Below, piece by piece: positions 20,238-29,508 of a stretch of DNA of 64,000 nucleotides (position 1 is the first letter of the stretch; each line of letters opens with the position of its first letter). The stretch is from the IMG/VR virus record IMGVR_UViG_3300025435_000016, positions 1-64,000 of that record; one strand, given 5' to 3'. The notes under the pieces were generated by a model. That model made no database searches and was not told the DNA's origin. It was given only the letters and a program-made list of their open reading frames with translations. The stretch is from a virus. The translations under genes and the position numbers were made by a program.

Positions 20238-21055
20238 TGATCTTCTTTAACTCTTCAATGCCTCGGTCGATGTCGACCTTACTTCAATGTATTCTCAATC
20301 AAAACCCTAATGTTGCTGCGACACCAACGGATGGTGTTCTCGAGTATCTCTATGCAGCTCGTGCCAACTATACGAGTACACCTGAGGTCAAAGCTATTGA
20401 TCCGGAATTAGCTCTTCGTACCTGGAGAGGGTTCTGTTGGGGCGGACTCGAGGGATACGCTAAAACGTATACAGATAAGCCTAATCTTTGTATTAAAACA
20501 CGGGGCGCTACTATTCATTATGAATGGTTTCAGAAGTTTATGCCTTATGATATGAAGTGTATTGTAATGGTAAGAAACATGAAGAGTATTATTGCTTCAA
20601 TGGAAAAGCTCTTTAGAGTGAATCAAGAGAGTCATCAAGAAATACAAAACCATGCTCAGATGTCCGGTACTAATACACCAAAGCGTGTCGATGCTTGGTT
20701 TGCAAATCCACCGGTGGGACTTGCTCTAGAGCGTTTAAATCAATGCTTTCTCGAGGGTACGAATAAGAATTTCTTATACGTTAGAGCGGAGGACCTTACA
20801 AGTTATCCAGATCGTGAGATGACAAAGATTTACAAATATCTAGGACTTGAACCATATAAGCATGATTTCGATAACGTAGAGCAGACAGTAAAAGAGGATG
20901 ACTCAGTATATGGTTTAACATCCAATCTTCATACCATTAGAGAGGCCGTCCGTCCATTAACACCTGACTACAACCAAGTACTAGGTCAGCAGGTGTGTGA
21001 TTGGATTGACAATGCTCATCAAGGTTATCAACGTCTTTTCGGGTACATTAAGTAA
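20237..21055 (+). CDS. sulfotransferase
   Basis: SMPRSMSTLL PAPS-loop-like; MVRN...S; RAEDL; coupled to GT by TAATG overlap. Confidence 0.75.
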   Translation: MIFFNSSMPRSMSTLLQCILNQNPNVAATPTDGVLEYLYAARANYTSTPEVKAIDPELALRTWRGFCWGGLEGYAKTYTDKPNLCIKTRGATIHYEWFQKFMPYDMKCIVMVRNMKSIIASMEKLFRVNQESHQEIQNHAQMSGTNTPKRVDAWFANPPVGLALERLNQCFLEGTNKNFLYVRAEDLTSYPDREMTKIYKYLGLEPYKHDFDNVEQTVKEDDSVYGLTSNLHTIREAVRPLTPDYNQVLGQQVCDWIDNAHQGYQRLFGYIK

Positions 21056-21066
21056 TAAATATCTAT

Positions 21067-21339
21067 GTGAGCATAGATATTAAAAATAAAGAGAAAGAAC
21101 CCTTCTTTAATAACGTTTATGGTAAGCTTGTATTGTATATACTCGCTGCATCATTAACCTCTCTCGGTAATGATCTCGGTCATTATACATGTCACGATTC
21201 AGGTTGGCATGATATTACACCTGTTCATTGGACGACAATTATCATTAACCTTGTTGTTCAGGGATTAATTGCATGGAGAGCTTATATTGATGGAACTGCT
21301 GAAAAGCAAAGAGAGTATCTAAATAAGGGTAACGAATGA
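21067..21339 (+). CDS. small membrane protein, possible holin
   Basis: two hydrophobic segments, charged C-terminus, late box. Confidence 0.4.
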   Translation: MSIDIKNKEKEPFFNNVYGKLVLYILAASLTSLGNDLGHYTCHDSGWHDITPVHWTTIIINLVVQGLIAWRAYIDGTAEKQREYLNKGNE

Positions 21340-21530
21340 CATTTAAAGAATACTTAAAAACTCCTGCTGGTAGAAAAGCTGCTGTAAAGCTATATAGAAA
21401 GCTTAAAGCTAAGAAAAACATTACCGACCACCCTATATCTAAAGACTCTCGTTATATGGATTCCAGTAACATGGGGACAACTAGTAATCTTGCTGCAGCT
21501 ACACAAGGTAATCAACCAGGAATGAGTTGA
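21336..21530 (+). CDS. hypothetical protein with MTFKEYL N-terminus
   Basis: ORF, ATGA overlap. Confidence 0.55.
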   Translation: MTFKEYLKTPAGRKAAVKLYRKLKAKKNITDHPISKDSRYMDSSNMGTTSNLAAATQGNQPGMS

Positions 21531-21560
21531 AAAACTAAACTCAAGAGATAAATTATCTAT

Positions 21561-21749
21561 ATGTCAAATACACTCGAAACATTTAAGACAATCGTTGATA
21601 CATTCACTACAGAAGTTACTAAGTTCCAGGCTGGTAATAATTCAGCTGGAACCCGTGCTCGTAAAGCTCTTCAGGAGCTTATTAAGTTTGCACGTACTGA
21701 GCGTAAGACAATTCAGGAAGAGAAGACAGCTAGAAAAACTGCTAAGTAA
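21561..21749 (+). CDS. histone H1-like (Hc1-family) protein
   Basis: GNNSAGTRARKALQEL. Confidence 0.75.
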   Translation: MSNTLETFKTIVDTFTTEVTKFQAGNNSAGTRARKALQELIKFARTERKTIQEEKTARKTAK

Positions 21750-21978
21750 TTGCTTTCCATGTCCCAAGAGGACATTCTGTTGTCGTTAATTTAAGCTTTA
21801 CAATAGTAGAGCAACCACATTCAGTACATTCACCGGTATTATTGAAACCTGTAGGATTCCAACTCTTACAGGCTTTACATTTATCTAATCGATCATCATA
21901 CTGTTGATCAGTTACAAGGCCAAAGTCATTCTTTGACCATTTAACAAGTTCTTTAACTACACTTTTAATCTTCTTCAA
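21742..21978 (-). CDS. small Cys-rich protein
   Basis: CKAC...CTECGC...CPLGTW. Confidence 0.65.
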   Translation of the reverse strand: MKKIKSVVKELVKWSKNDFGLVTDQQYDDRLDKCKACKSWNPTGFNNTGECTECGCSTIVKLKLTTTECPLGTWKAIT

Positions 21979-22159
21979 TTTCTACAAATCCCTCTCTAAT
22001 TAAATAACTAGTAAGTTTACAGAGAACGTTTTCTTCTATATCTTCATCCGAATTTATATACTGAATAAAGATAGTTGTATCGCCACCTTGTGTTAATACC
22101 TCTACCTCATACTCGACACCTTGAAACGTAATATCAAAGTATCTAGCGTCACTTTTCAT
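21965..22159 (-). CDS. hypothetical protein
   Basis: ORF in operon. Confidence 0.5.
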   Translation of the reverse strand: MKSDARYFDITFQGVEYEVEVLTQGGDTTIFIQYINSDEDIEENVLCKLTSYLIREGFVEIEED

Positions 22160-22380
22160 TAGGGCACTCTACGGAGTATTTGAATCGCTTTTGGAGCTGA
22201 AAAAATATTTAAATAGAATTTCTTATCACCCTTCTCGAAAACCGTGCCCCAATTGGATGAGTTACTATAGGTTTCACGCTGAATAGAACCAGTATGCACC
22301 CAACCGTTTAGTTCAAATGCTAGTTGCGCTTCAGCTAAAACACGTAAATCGTTCTTAATAGATTCTGTAATCATATACAA
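22159..22380 (-). CDS. hypothetical protein
   Basis: ORF in operon. Confidence 0.5.
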   Translation of the reverse strand: MYMITESIKNDLRVLAEAQLAFELNGWVHTGSIQRETYSNSSNWGTVFEKGDKKFYLNIFSAPKAIQILRRVP

Positions 22381-22407
22381 TATATTAACGCCTAATAACA
22401 GGAGATT

Positions 22408-22650
22408 CTACTTCTTTTTAAGCTGTATCTCTGTTTTCTCTAACTTATCGCCTTTCTTCCAAGTCTTACCCTCACAGTCGCATTTGTATTCAACTTTCTT
22501 ACCAATAATATTACCCTTCTTACCTTTAATGTTCTTTACAGCAGTTACAGTGCCTTTGCTTTTATGCTGCTTACAATCTGGGTTAATGTTTTCTACTTTA
22601 TCACCAGGTTTAAATGTCTTTTCTACAAATGCTTTAAACGTGTCAATCAC
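22408..22650 (-). CDS. small SH3/Tudor-like basic protein
   Basis: FKPGDKV...GTVT; late box; TFKAFVE N-terminus. Confidence 0.55.
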   Translation of the reverse strand: MIDTFKAFVEKTFKPGDKVENINPDCKQHKSKGTVTAVKNIKGKKGNIIGKKVEYKCDCEGKTWKKGDKLEKTEIQLKKK

Positions 22651-22661
22651 GTTAATATTTA

Positions 22662-23240
22662 TTATCGACGGCGCTTAGCTGAGATAAACTGTCCCTTCTT
22701 ATTACGAAGACGCTTTACAGCTTTTTTAGACTTGGTAACCTTTTTCTTTGTCTTTACTACCGGCTTCTTAACAACCTTAGCGGGTACCTTCTTTGATTGC
22801 TTTACATTCTTTACTACAGTCTCCTTCAGAGACTTTGCATTATGAATAGCAGTTTGAATCTTATACAACCAATCCTCATGATTACGATCGTAAAGTGCGC
22901 TCATTGCCTCATTTGTCAAGAACTCAATCCTCTTAAAGATATACTCCTTATGCCCGGCATGATGGCTGCCGCGAACGAGTTCTTGAATTGTAAGGAGAGC
23001 GTTCTCAACGTTATCCTCGCCACCCTTATTGTACGATGCTTTAACGAGAATATCAGGCTGATAGCTCATTCCATAAATCATCTTAGCTTTGTGGTTAATC
23101 TTCTTGAGAAGAGAATTATTGTGAAGATTTAGTTTACTGAAAATAGGATGCGTTGAAGCGTTTACTACAAGAGGTGTAAGATTGTGGTAAATTGCCCGGG
23201 CTACCTTTGCTTCAATTGTCGGTGTTGTCGTTGTGCTCAT
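22662..23240 (-). CDS. protein with Lys-rich H1-like tail
   Basis: KKVPAKVVKKPVVKTKKK...RNKKGQF. Confidence 0.6.
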   Translation of the reverse strand: MSTTTTPTIEAKVARAIYHNLTPLVVNASTHPIFSKLNLHNNSLLKKINHKAKMIYGMSYQPDILVKASYNKGGEDNVENALLTIQELVRGSHHAGHKEYIFKRIEFLTNEAMSALYDRNHEDWLYKIQTAIHNAKSLKETVVKNVKQSKKVPAKVVKKPVVKTKKKVTKSKKAVKRLRNKKGQFISAKRRR

Positions 23241-23243
23241 ATT

Positions 23244-23678
23244 TCAATTGATACTAGTTGATCTATTAGGAGATGGCAACTGAATAATTTCAATATTATA
23301 AAATTTAAAGATATCTAAAGCGCTCATATCTTTTGTATAGTTGTCTCGATAAACGACTTTCTTAATGCCGTGAGCAATAATCTGACGTGCACAACATGAA
23401 CAAGGTAACAAAGTACATGCAATCATTCGACCTTCCCCGCGCTTAAACAAGGAAAGTAAATTCGTTTCAGCGTGTAAGATATACGGTCGTCTTCCATCTC
23501 GATCAGCCCAGAAGTAATCTGACATTGTTGTACCTGGCGCTAGTCCATTATACGCTACACCAAGTACTCTATTATTATAATCCAAAGCACATGCCCCTAC
23601 TTGAACGTAAGGGTCTTCACTTCTCATTGCAGCTGCCTCTGCTAAGGCTAAAGCATATTGTTCCCAAGAAGGTCTCAT
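23244..23678 (-). CDS. dCMP deaminase
   Basis: RSEDP..QVGA; YNG; HAE; PCSCCA. Confidence 0.9.
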   Translation of the reverse strand: MRPSWEQYALALAEAAAMRSEDPYVQVGACALDYNNRVLGVAYNGLAPGTTMSDYFWADRDGRRPYILHAETNLLSLFKRGEGRMIACTLLPCSCCARQIIAHGIKKVVYRDNYTKDMSALDIFKFYNIEIIQLPSPNRSTSIN

Positions 23679-23680
23679 AA

Positions 23681-23917
23681 TTAAAAATCGACGTGTAAAA
23701 CAGAATATGTCTTAATAAGCTTAGAAATAGGATCTTGAACTGTATATCCAGTTAAAAGTAATGAATGATCCTTTTTAATATCAAGATTATACTTCTGTTT
23801 CATGTCAGTATTTATAATGTCTAATTTATCGTTAGTAACGTAGGAGATGGCGTTTGTGTCACCGGCAACCATACTGCAAATAGGTAAACTTAATGCAGCA
23901 ATAAGCGCTTTATTCAT
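23681..23917 (-). CDS. hypothetical secreted protein
   Basis: likely start MNKALIAALSL. Confidence 0.45.
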   Translation of the reverse strand: MNKALIAALSLPICSMVAGDTNAISYVTNDKLDIINTDMKQKYNLDIKKDHSLLLTGYTVQDPISKLIKTYSVLHVDF

Positions 23918-23918
23918 A

Positions 23919-24071
23919 TCACCGCTTATAATAGGCTTTCTTTTTATTAAATGCAAATTGATAAGGCCGACTATCAGGATCGTAGACCTTACATTCCTTC
24001 CGTCTTTGTTGGTACCAAATATATTCTTCTTTTGAGAGAACTACCTTTTCTATTTTCTCTTCTCTATACAT
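23919..24071 (-). CDS. 50-aa hypothetical protein (not in ORF track)
   Basis: MYREEKIEKV...YYKR fills the gap between neighbours exactly. Confidence 0.5.
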   Translation of the reverse strand: MYREEKIEKVVLSKEEYIWYQQRRKECKVYDPDSRPYQFAFNKKKAYYKR

Positions 24072-24073
24072 AC

Positions 24074-24442
24074 TTACAACCGAATGCTCTCTGGTTTTGT
24101 AGAACGGATATAAACCTCTCCGTAAACTTCTAGAATACCCATAACAGCTTGGAATTCACGCTGGGACATCTTATCCCAATCCTTAAGCTTTTTATAGGTT
24201 TCATCAGCCATCATTTTATAATGCTTATCTCTATCTTCTTTATTAGCATACTTGATGGCGTCTTTATAAGGTCTCATCTTGGCTTTATAATGAATAGCTG
24301 TAAGAAGACTGTAACCACCTTTCTTTCTAGTCATCTTTTCAATCTTAATAGCTCCGGCTAGACGCTTATTAAGGAACTCTAAAAATGATTCGGTTGTGTT
24401 CAATGCAGATTTAACTGCTTCCATTAATGCTTCTAATCTCAT
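24074..24442 (-). CDS. hypothetical protein
   Basis: ORF with late box upstream. Confidence 0.6.
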   Translation of the reverse strand: MRLEALMEAVKSALNTTESFLEFLNKRLAGAIKIEKMTRKKGGYSLLTAIHYKAKMRPYKDAIKYANKEDRDKHYKMMADETYKKLKDWDKMSQREFQAVMGILEVYGEVYIRSTKPESIRL

Positions 24443-24450
24443 AGAATTAT

Positions 24451-25152
24451 TTATTCGAATTTATTTTTTAAATTAAAATATACAGATTTGCAAAGACTAA
24501 AGAATTCTCTATCTGATAAGTCCATCTTTGCCTGATTATACTGTTTTAACACCAATTGGATATTATCTTTGTGATAACCTAACTTGGAATCTATCCTATC
24601 GACCGATACTGTGCTTATCTTCGCATCGGCACATAAAAACAACGGCTGCCCTGATAAAGCACATTTTTTATCTTGTGCGTTGTATAACGTATAAATATCG
24701 TCTGGCGTAATGCTTACTTCAAGATCTCTAAGCTTAGCATTATTAATAATATTTGTCCAAAGTCTCGCCGGTACGTATTGATGTATTAATTTTGGTTGAT
24801 TTTTGCGTATACCTAGTTGACGAACTCGAAGATGTATAAACTGAACAGGCTTATTGAGAGCATCGGCGCAAATTTGCGCACCATGTTTAGAATAATGTTC
24901 TTTTATAAATTCATCATCTGAAACTACATGTTGTATTCTCCATTTTTCGATGCGCTTAAGATGACCACACTGTCGACATCCCTTGCCTTTAAGGTGCCTA
25001 TAAGCATTTTGTTTAAACTGACCGTGCTTGCTGCATATAGCTATAATATCTTTTGTATGACCGCTGTACTTACATAGAGAATAGTCGTATAGATTACCGT
25101 GAACCGTTATAGCGTCCTTTATGAACTGATCAGTATCATACCCAACTGTCAT
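24451..25152 (-). CDS. free-standing putative homing endonuclease
   Basis: CSKHGQF...GCRQC zinc ribbon; CALSG...SVDRIDSKLGYHKDNIQLV; directly after nrdA. Confidence 0.7.
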   Translation of the reverse strand: MTVGYDTDQFIKDAITVHGNLYDYSLCKYSGHTKDIIAICSKHGQFKQNAYRHLKGKGCRQCGHLKRIEKWRIQHVVSDDEFIKEHYSKHGAQICADALNKPVQFIHLRVRQLGIRKNQPKLIHQYVPARLWTNIINNAKLRDLEVSITPDDIYTLYNAQDKKCALSGQPLFLCADAKISTVSVDRIDSKLGYHKDNIQLVLKQYNQAKMDLSDREFFSLCKSVYFNLKNKFE

Positions 25153-25159
25153 AAGTCAG

Positions 25160-26812
25160 CTATGCCTCGCAAGAGGTGCATGTAAGAATAGAGCGCGCAA
25201 GCAACTGACTAGGATTAGCACTACGCTGATAATATAGGCTCTTTATACCTTGCTCCCACGCAAAGATAATAAGTTCATTAACATCTTTTGGTTTTGTTTC
25301 AGGGGGAATCATTAAGTTTAATGATTGACCTTGATCGATATATTTCTGCCGTGCTGCAGCTTGTATGACAATTTCTTTTTGCGAAATTTCACCAAATGTT
25401 TTAAATACATCCTTTTCTTCCTGCGTTAAAAAGTCTAAATGTTGAACCGATCCTCCATGTTTAAGAATTGATAACCAAGTATCATCGTCGTGTTTATTTT
25501 TTTCTTTAAGAAGCTTTTTAAGGTAAGGGTTTCTGTATGTAAATTTACCTTTTGCAAGATCTTTTGTATAGTACGTCGAATCGAGAGGTTCAATAGAAGG
25601 TGAGACTTGACCAAGAATAAATGATGAGGATGTAGTCGGTGCAACAGCTAGTGTCGTCGTATTTCTACGCTTATAACCTTTAAGAAGAGGTGGTTCGCCT
25701 AATAAAACCGCAAGCTGTTCAGTGGCATGGTCCGCTTTCTCTCTAATATGCTTCCAAATTTGACCATTAAGCATTTTAGCAGTCATGGTTTCAAATCCAA
25801 TCATTTTCGATTGAAGAAGCGAATGCCATCCAAGTACTCCGACACCAAGTGCTCGATGATTAACAGCGAAATTACGAGCATGTTCCATAAATTTAACACC
25901 TTCTGTTTTGATAATAAATTCTGTCATTACAGCATCTAGGAAATAAACCAGAGTTTCAACAGCATCAGTATCTTTCCATTCATCCCAATGTAATAAATTT
26001 AAAGACGATAAATCACAAACAAACGATTCATCTTTTGATGAAGGTAGAAAAATTTCGCTACAAAGATTACTTGCATTAATCCTCATGTTCTTATCTTTAT
26101 AGATCTGTGGTTTATTATTGTTAGCATTATCAGTGAAAAATATATATGGATATCCAGTTTCAAAACGCTTTTGAATAACCCTACCCCAAAGCTTTCTCTT
26201 ATCCTTATCACCGTCAATCATAGATTTCATCCAATCATCTGATACACACACGCCAATTGAAAGATTTTGAATTTCATCACCTTCGCCGCGAATTTTAAGA
26301 AATTCTTCAATATCTCCATGATCCACTGGGAGATAGGCTGCAAATGATCCGCGGCGCACGTTACCTTGTGAAATGTAGTTTGTCAATGATTCAAAAACAG
26401 TTAATTGATGATGCACGCCTGTTGCCTCGCCTCCTGTAGAAATGCTAGCGCCCCGCGGCCGCACGTCGCCAAAATAACCTGAAGTACCGCCTCCTACCTT
26501 CGACATGACCCCTACTTCAGCCATCTTATAGAGAATAGAATCCATATCATCTTCTATATGCGAATTAAAACATGATATCGGCATTCCACGCTTACGTCCG
26601 AAATTTGACCAAATCGGTGAACTTAAGCTGAACCATCCTCTCGAGACGTAGTCTTCAAACTTATCAGCAAACCCTTTAACACCTAGATACTTCTCAGCAA
26701 TTTTAGCGATATCACTAATACGCTGTTCGGCAGTCTCACCTTCTAAAAGATAGCCTCGCTCAAGAAACTTACGCGAATCTTTGTTAAGCCAATAATATTT
26801 TTCTGTTACCAT
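25160..26812 (-). CDS. nrdA: ribonucleotide reductase class I alpha subunit, no ATP-cone
   Basis: ISCF, GGGTS, SNLCSEI, APTTSSS, KSLYYQR, C-terminal CTSC. Confidence 0.95.
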   Translation of the reverse strand: MVTEKYYWLNKDSRKFLERGYLLEGETAEQRISDIAKIAEKYLGVKGFADKFEDYVSRGWFSLSSPIWSNFGRKRGMPISCFNSHIEDDMDSILYKMAEVGVMSKVGGGTSGYFGDVRPRGASISTGGEATGVHHQLTVFESLTNYISQGNVRRGSFAAYLPVDHGDIEEFLKIRGEGDEIQNLSIGVCVSDDWMKSMIDGDKDKRKLWGRVIQKRFETGYPYIFFTDNANNNKPQIYKDKNMRINASNLCSEIFLPSSKDESFVCDLSSLNLLHWDEWKDTDAVETLVYFLDAVMTEFIIKTEGVKFMEHARNFAVNHRALGVGVLGWHSLLQSKMIGFETMTAKMLNGQIWKHIREKADHATEQLAVLLGEPPLLKGYKRRNTTTLAVAPTTSSSFILGQVSPSIEPLDSTYYTKDLAKGKFTYRNPYLKKLLKEKNKHDDDTWLSILKHGGSVQHLDFLTQEEKDVFKTFGEISQKEIVIQAAARQKYIDQGQSLNLMIPPETKPKDVNELIIFAWEQGIKSLYYQRSANPSQLLARSILTCTSCEA

Positions 26813-26848
26813 AATTTTATTATAATTTATAAATTTGCAATTTCTAGC

Positions 26849-27820
26849 TTAGAATAGATCGTCTTCAGAAAAACTTTGCGACTTCTTTGAATAATTTACT
26901 GGTCTGGAATGAAAAAAATCTGTTAAGTTGTTGCCATGTAACTCCTCGTTGAACCAGTTCGAAGCTTTTAACAGCTCTTTATCAACTTCAAACGGCTTAT
27001 GGAATCCAATCCCTTCCAACGACTCATTAATCCTGTTCTTAATAAACTCTTTAAGAAGAGGAGCATTGAGATTCTCTTCATTAATACCGTTTAACATCCA
27101 ATCGACAATATTTGCTTCAGCTTTAAACGCTTCGTGAGCTTCATGGAGGATCTTATCTTCAAGCTCTTGATCAAATAGCTCTGGATACTCTTCTCTGATT
27201 GTATTAATGATCTTTGTACCAACAAGTCCGTGAATGTTTTCTTCATTACGAGTATACTTGACTTGCTGATCGGTATCCTTAAGAACGTTCTTAAAACGTG
27301 CAAACCAATTGATAACGTAGAACTGACTAAAGAGTGATACATTCTCAATAAGAAGAGTAAAGAGAGCAATAGCATATAGATACTGCTTCTTTGAATCCTT
27401 GAAACAACGCTTTGTATACTTCTTAAGATACTTTACACGCCCTTGTATCCAAGGCAGTTCTAAGTTCTTTTCAAAGATATCTTCAAGGCCAAGAACAGAA
27501 AGAAGGCGTTCGTAAGCGTTGTTATGAATAACTTCTGTGTTGGCCATAACATACCCGAGATCATAGATAGAGGGATGTGGTAGATTATCTCCTAAACGTG
27601 CCCAGAACGTTTTAACAGACACTTCAATCTGACCGATAGCTGATAGAACTCTAATTACAGCCTCTCTTTCCTGATCGGTTAAGTTAACTTTAAATTGTTG
27701 AATATCGGACTTAAAGCTGAATTCCTTATCTGTCCAGAAGCCATTGTGCATTGCCTCCACGAATTCTTCTGTCCATTTGTAGTTATTAGGTTTACGGTAT
27801 ATTTGTTCGTCGAAAATCAT
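26849..27820 (-). CDS. nrdB: ribonucleotide reductase class I beta subunit
   Basis: EVIHNNAY, EENIH, DFFHSRPVNYSK. Confidence 0.95.
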   Translation of the reverse strand: MIFDEQIYRKPNNYKWTEEFVEAMHNGFWTDKEFSFKSDIQQFKVNLTDQEREAVIRVLSAIGQIEVSVKTFWARLGDNLPHPSIYDLGYVMANTEVIHNNAYERLLSVLGLEDIFEKNLELPWIQGRVKYLKKYTKRCFKDSKKQYLYAIALFTLLIENVSLFSQFYVINWFARFKNVLKDTDQQVKYTRNEENIHGLVGTKIINTIREEYPELFDQELEDKILHEAHEAFKAEANIVDWMLNGINEENLNAPLLKEFIKNRINESLEGIGFHKPFEVDKELLKASNWFNEELHGNNLTDFFHSRPVNYSKKSQSFSEDDLF

Positions 27821-27969
27821 GGTTGTAGTTGTTTTTATTTATCAGGTTCTCACAAGTCATCTCATAGGTAAAACGAAACTTTAATGTGAAAATCTAATAC
27901 AATAATAGCCTAAATACCAGCTAAAGCAATAGATACTTTTATAAAGTAAAAATTACTATAACTAATTAA

Positions 27970-28224
27970 TTAAGAACAAGTACTACGCGAAAAATTCTTA
28001 ACACAACTCCTAGCACCTACTGGCTCATAATACATCTTGGTCTCAGAGAAAGACTTAGGAGACATGATCTGAATCTCGGCACCGGTTTTGTGTGAGAACA
28101 CCATTCGTCCTAGTCTTGGCTTTACAACGTTATGCTTATGGGCACAGGATGAACAAAACAAAGTATTTGGAAGTACTTCAAGGCGTTCGAGTTCAATACT
28201 ATTATTACAGGTTCTACAATTCAT
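27970..28224 (-). CDS. DksA/TraR C4 zinc-finger protein
   Basis: CRTCNNSIELERLEVLPNTLFCSSCA. Confidence 0.75.
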   Translation of the reverse strand: MNCRTCNNSIELERLEVLPNTLFCSSCAHKHNVVKPRLGRMVFSHKTGAEIQIMSPKSFSETKMYYEPVGARSCVKNFSRSTCS

Positions 28225-28262
28225 ACAAATGAGAATATACAGAAATAAGAGAATACGCAAGC

Positions 28263-28496
28263 TTAAATTTTAACTACCATCTGATCATCAGAATTCCAAT
28301 TTTGAATATTATATTTCGGAAAATATCTTTGAACCTTCTTCTTTGGTTTATAGTCTTTAATACGATAGGGGTTTTCATCTGTATAGTGCCACCAATAATC
28401 CTTTAGATGTTTATTTACTTCAGACATTGTCTTATAAGGTGAGCAGAGAGAAGGGACCCAGGCTTTACCTGTCCATCGTTCAATAACAAATTTCAT
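28263..28496 (-). CDS. hypothetical protein
   Basis: ORF. Confidence 0.55.
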   Translation of the reverse strand: MKFVIERWTGKAWVPSLCSPYKTMSEVNKHLKDYWWHYTDENPYRIKDYKPKKKVQRYFPKYNIQNWNSDDQMVVKI

Positions 28497-28696
28497 TATT
28501 TCTTCTCCTTATCAATAAAGCGACCAGGTCGTGAGAAAGAATAATATAACATTGCTGCAGCAAACCAGGTTTCAATATTAATACAAATATGTAAACTAAA
28601 CAATGTATTAATAGCCCAGATTAGGGCAATAGGGCAGGTAATAAACAGAATTACAGCAAATGCAATAAGACCGAGTCCGGAGATAGTGTTAATCAT
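28496..28696 (-). CDS. small membrane protein
   Basis: PIALIWAINTLF...TWFAA. Confidence 0.6.
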   Translation of the reverse strand: MINTISGLGLIAFAVILFITCPIALIWAINTLFSLHICINIETWFAAAMLYYSFSRPGRFIDKEKK

Positions 28697-28746
28697 ATAT
28701 CTATAATAAAATATAAAAAAATAAAAAGCAAGCAAACATTCAAATA

Positions 28747-28820
28747 TGGTAGGAGTAGAGGGTAACGCTCCCTCTTCAATAGATTAAAAGTCTATTGCAT
28801 CACTTTAATGCTTTACTCCC
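28747..28820 (-). tRNA. tRNA-Lys(TTT), atypical D/T loops
   Basis: cloverleaf, loop CT-TTT-AA, encoded CCA, T-loop AGCGTTA. Confidence 0.85.
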
Positions 28821-28825
28821 AAAAG

Positions 28826-28901
28826 TGGTACACCCGGCTGGATTCAAACCAGCGACCAAGGGTTTAGAAAACCCCTGCTCTATTCCCTGAGCTACGGGTG
28901 C
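28826..28901 (-). tRNA. tRNA-Arg(TCT)
   Basis: anticodon stem GGGGT/ACCCT, loop TT-TCT-AA, CCA. Confidence 0.9.
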
Positions 28902-28907
28902 GTAAAT

Positions 28908-29087
28908 TTAATGATGATGAAGTTCAGCGGTTGGTAGAGGTCGATAGGATCGGATAAAGTTCTTAATAGGGTCACTAAGAATTAATCCTATTGATAGGAC
29001 TGTTAAGAATGCAAAAACATATCCATAGAAAATTTGCATCTTAAGAGTTTGACTAAGGGTTTGTTTTTGTTGTTGTTCGAGTTTCAT
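28908..29087 (-). CDS. small single-TM protein
   Basis: start MKLEQQQ after tRNA. Confidence 0.5.
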   Translation of the reverse strand: MKLEQQQKQTLSQTLKMQIFYGYVFAFLTVLSIGLILSDPIKNFIRSYRPLPTAELHHH

Positions 29088-29093
29088 ATAAAA

Positions 29094-29169
29094 TGGTAGT
29101 GGCGGAGAGATTCGAACTCTCACTTAACGAGGCTTAAACTCGTTGCCTCTGCCGTTGGGCTACGCCACC
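29094..29169 (-). tRNA. tRNA-Leu(TAA) with short variable loop
   Basis: ACGAG-TT-TAA-GC-CTCGT, 5-nt variable loop, CCA. Confidence 0.85.
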
Positions 29170-29176
29170 AAATTTG

Positions 29177-29500
29177 TTAATACCATTTTAGATGAACTGG
29201 CTTATTATGGCAATCAAGAAATTCACCTTGTTTAAACTCAATACACTTATAGGTACCTATCTCTTCTAGGAATAGTTTATCTCCAGATGTCATAGGATTA
29301 ACATATCGATTACCGTATTTAGTAATAGGGGCATTATTACAAATATATCCTAGTTCACAAGCTGCTTTGAGAAGGGACTTATCCTTACCAGTTCTTGATA
29401 CCTTCTTCTGAGCACGTTCAATAACTCGATGCATCTTTTTGAAAGAGCGTTCAAGGTCTTTAGCTTTAGAATCTATATCTTTTAGGATGTATTGTTTCAT
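29177..29500 (-). CDS. hypothetical protein
   Basis: ORF between tRNAs. Confidence 0.55.
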   Translation of the reverse strand: MKQYILKDIDSKAKDLERSFKKMHRVIERAQKKVSRTGKDKSLLKAACELGYICNNAPITKYGNRYVNPMTSGDKLFLEEIGTYKCIEFKQGEFLDCHNKPVHLKWY

Positions 29501-29508
29501 TTAAAAAT

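Noticed and set aside
25160-27820. Intron or intein in nrdA/nrdB
   Set aside because: Both ORFs are continuous and compact; the adjacent nuclease is free-standing
28826-28901. Amber suppressor tRNA (CTA) and stop-codon recoding
   Set aside because: The stem register centres the loop on TCT (Arg); long genes read intact in code 11 and TAG/TGA end genes normally
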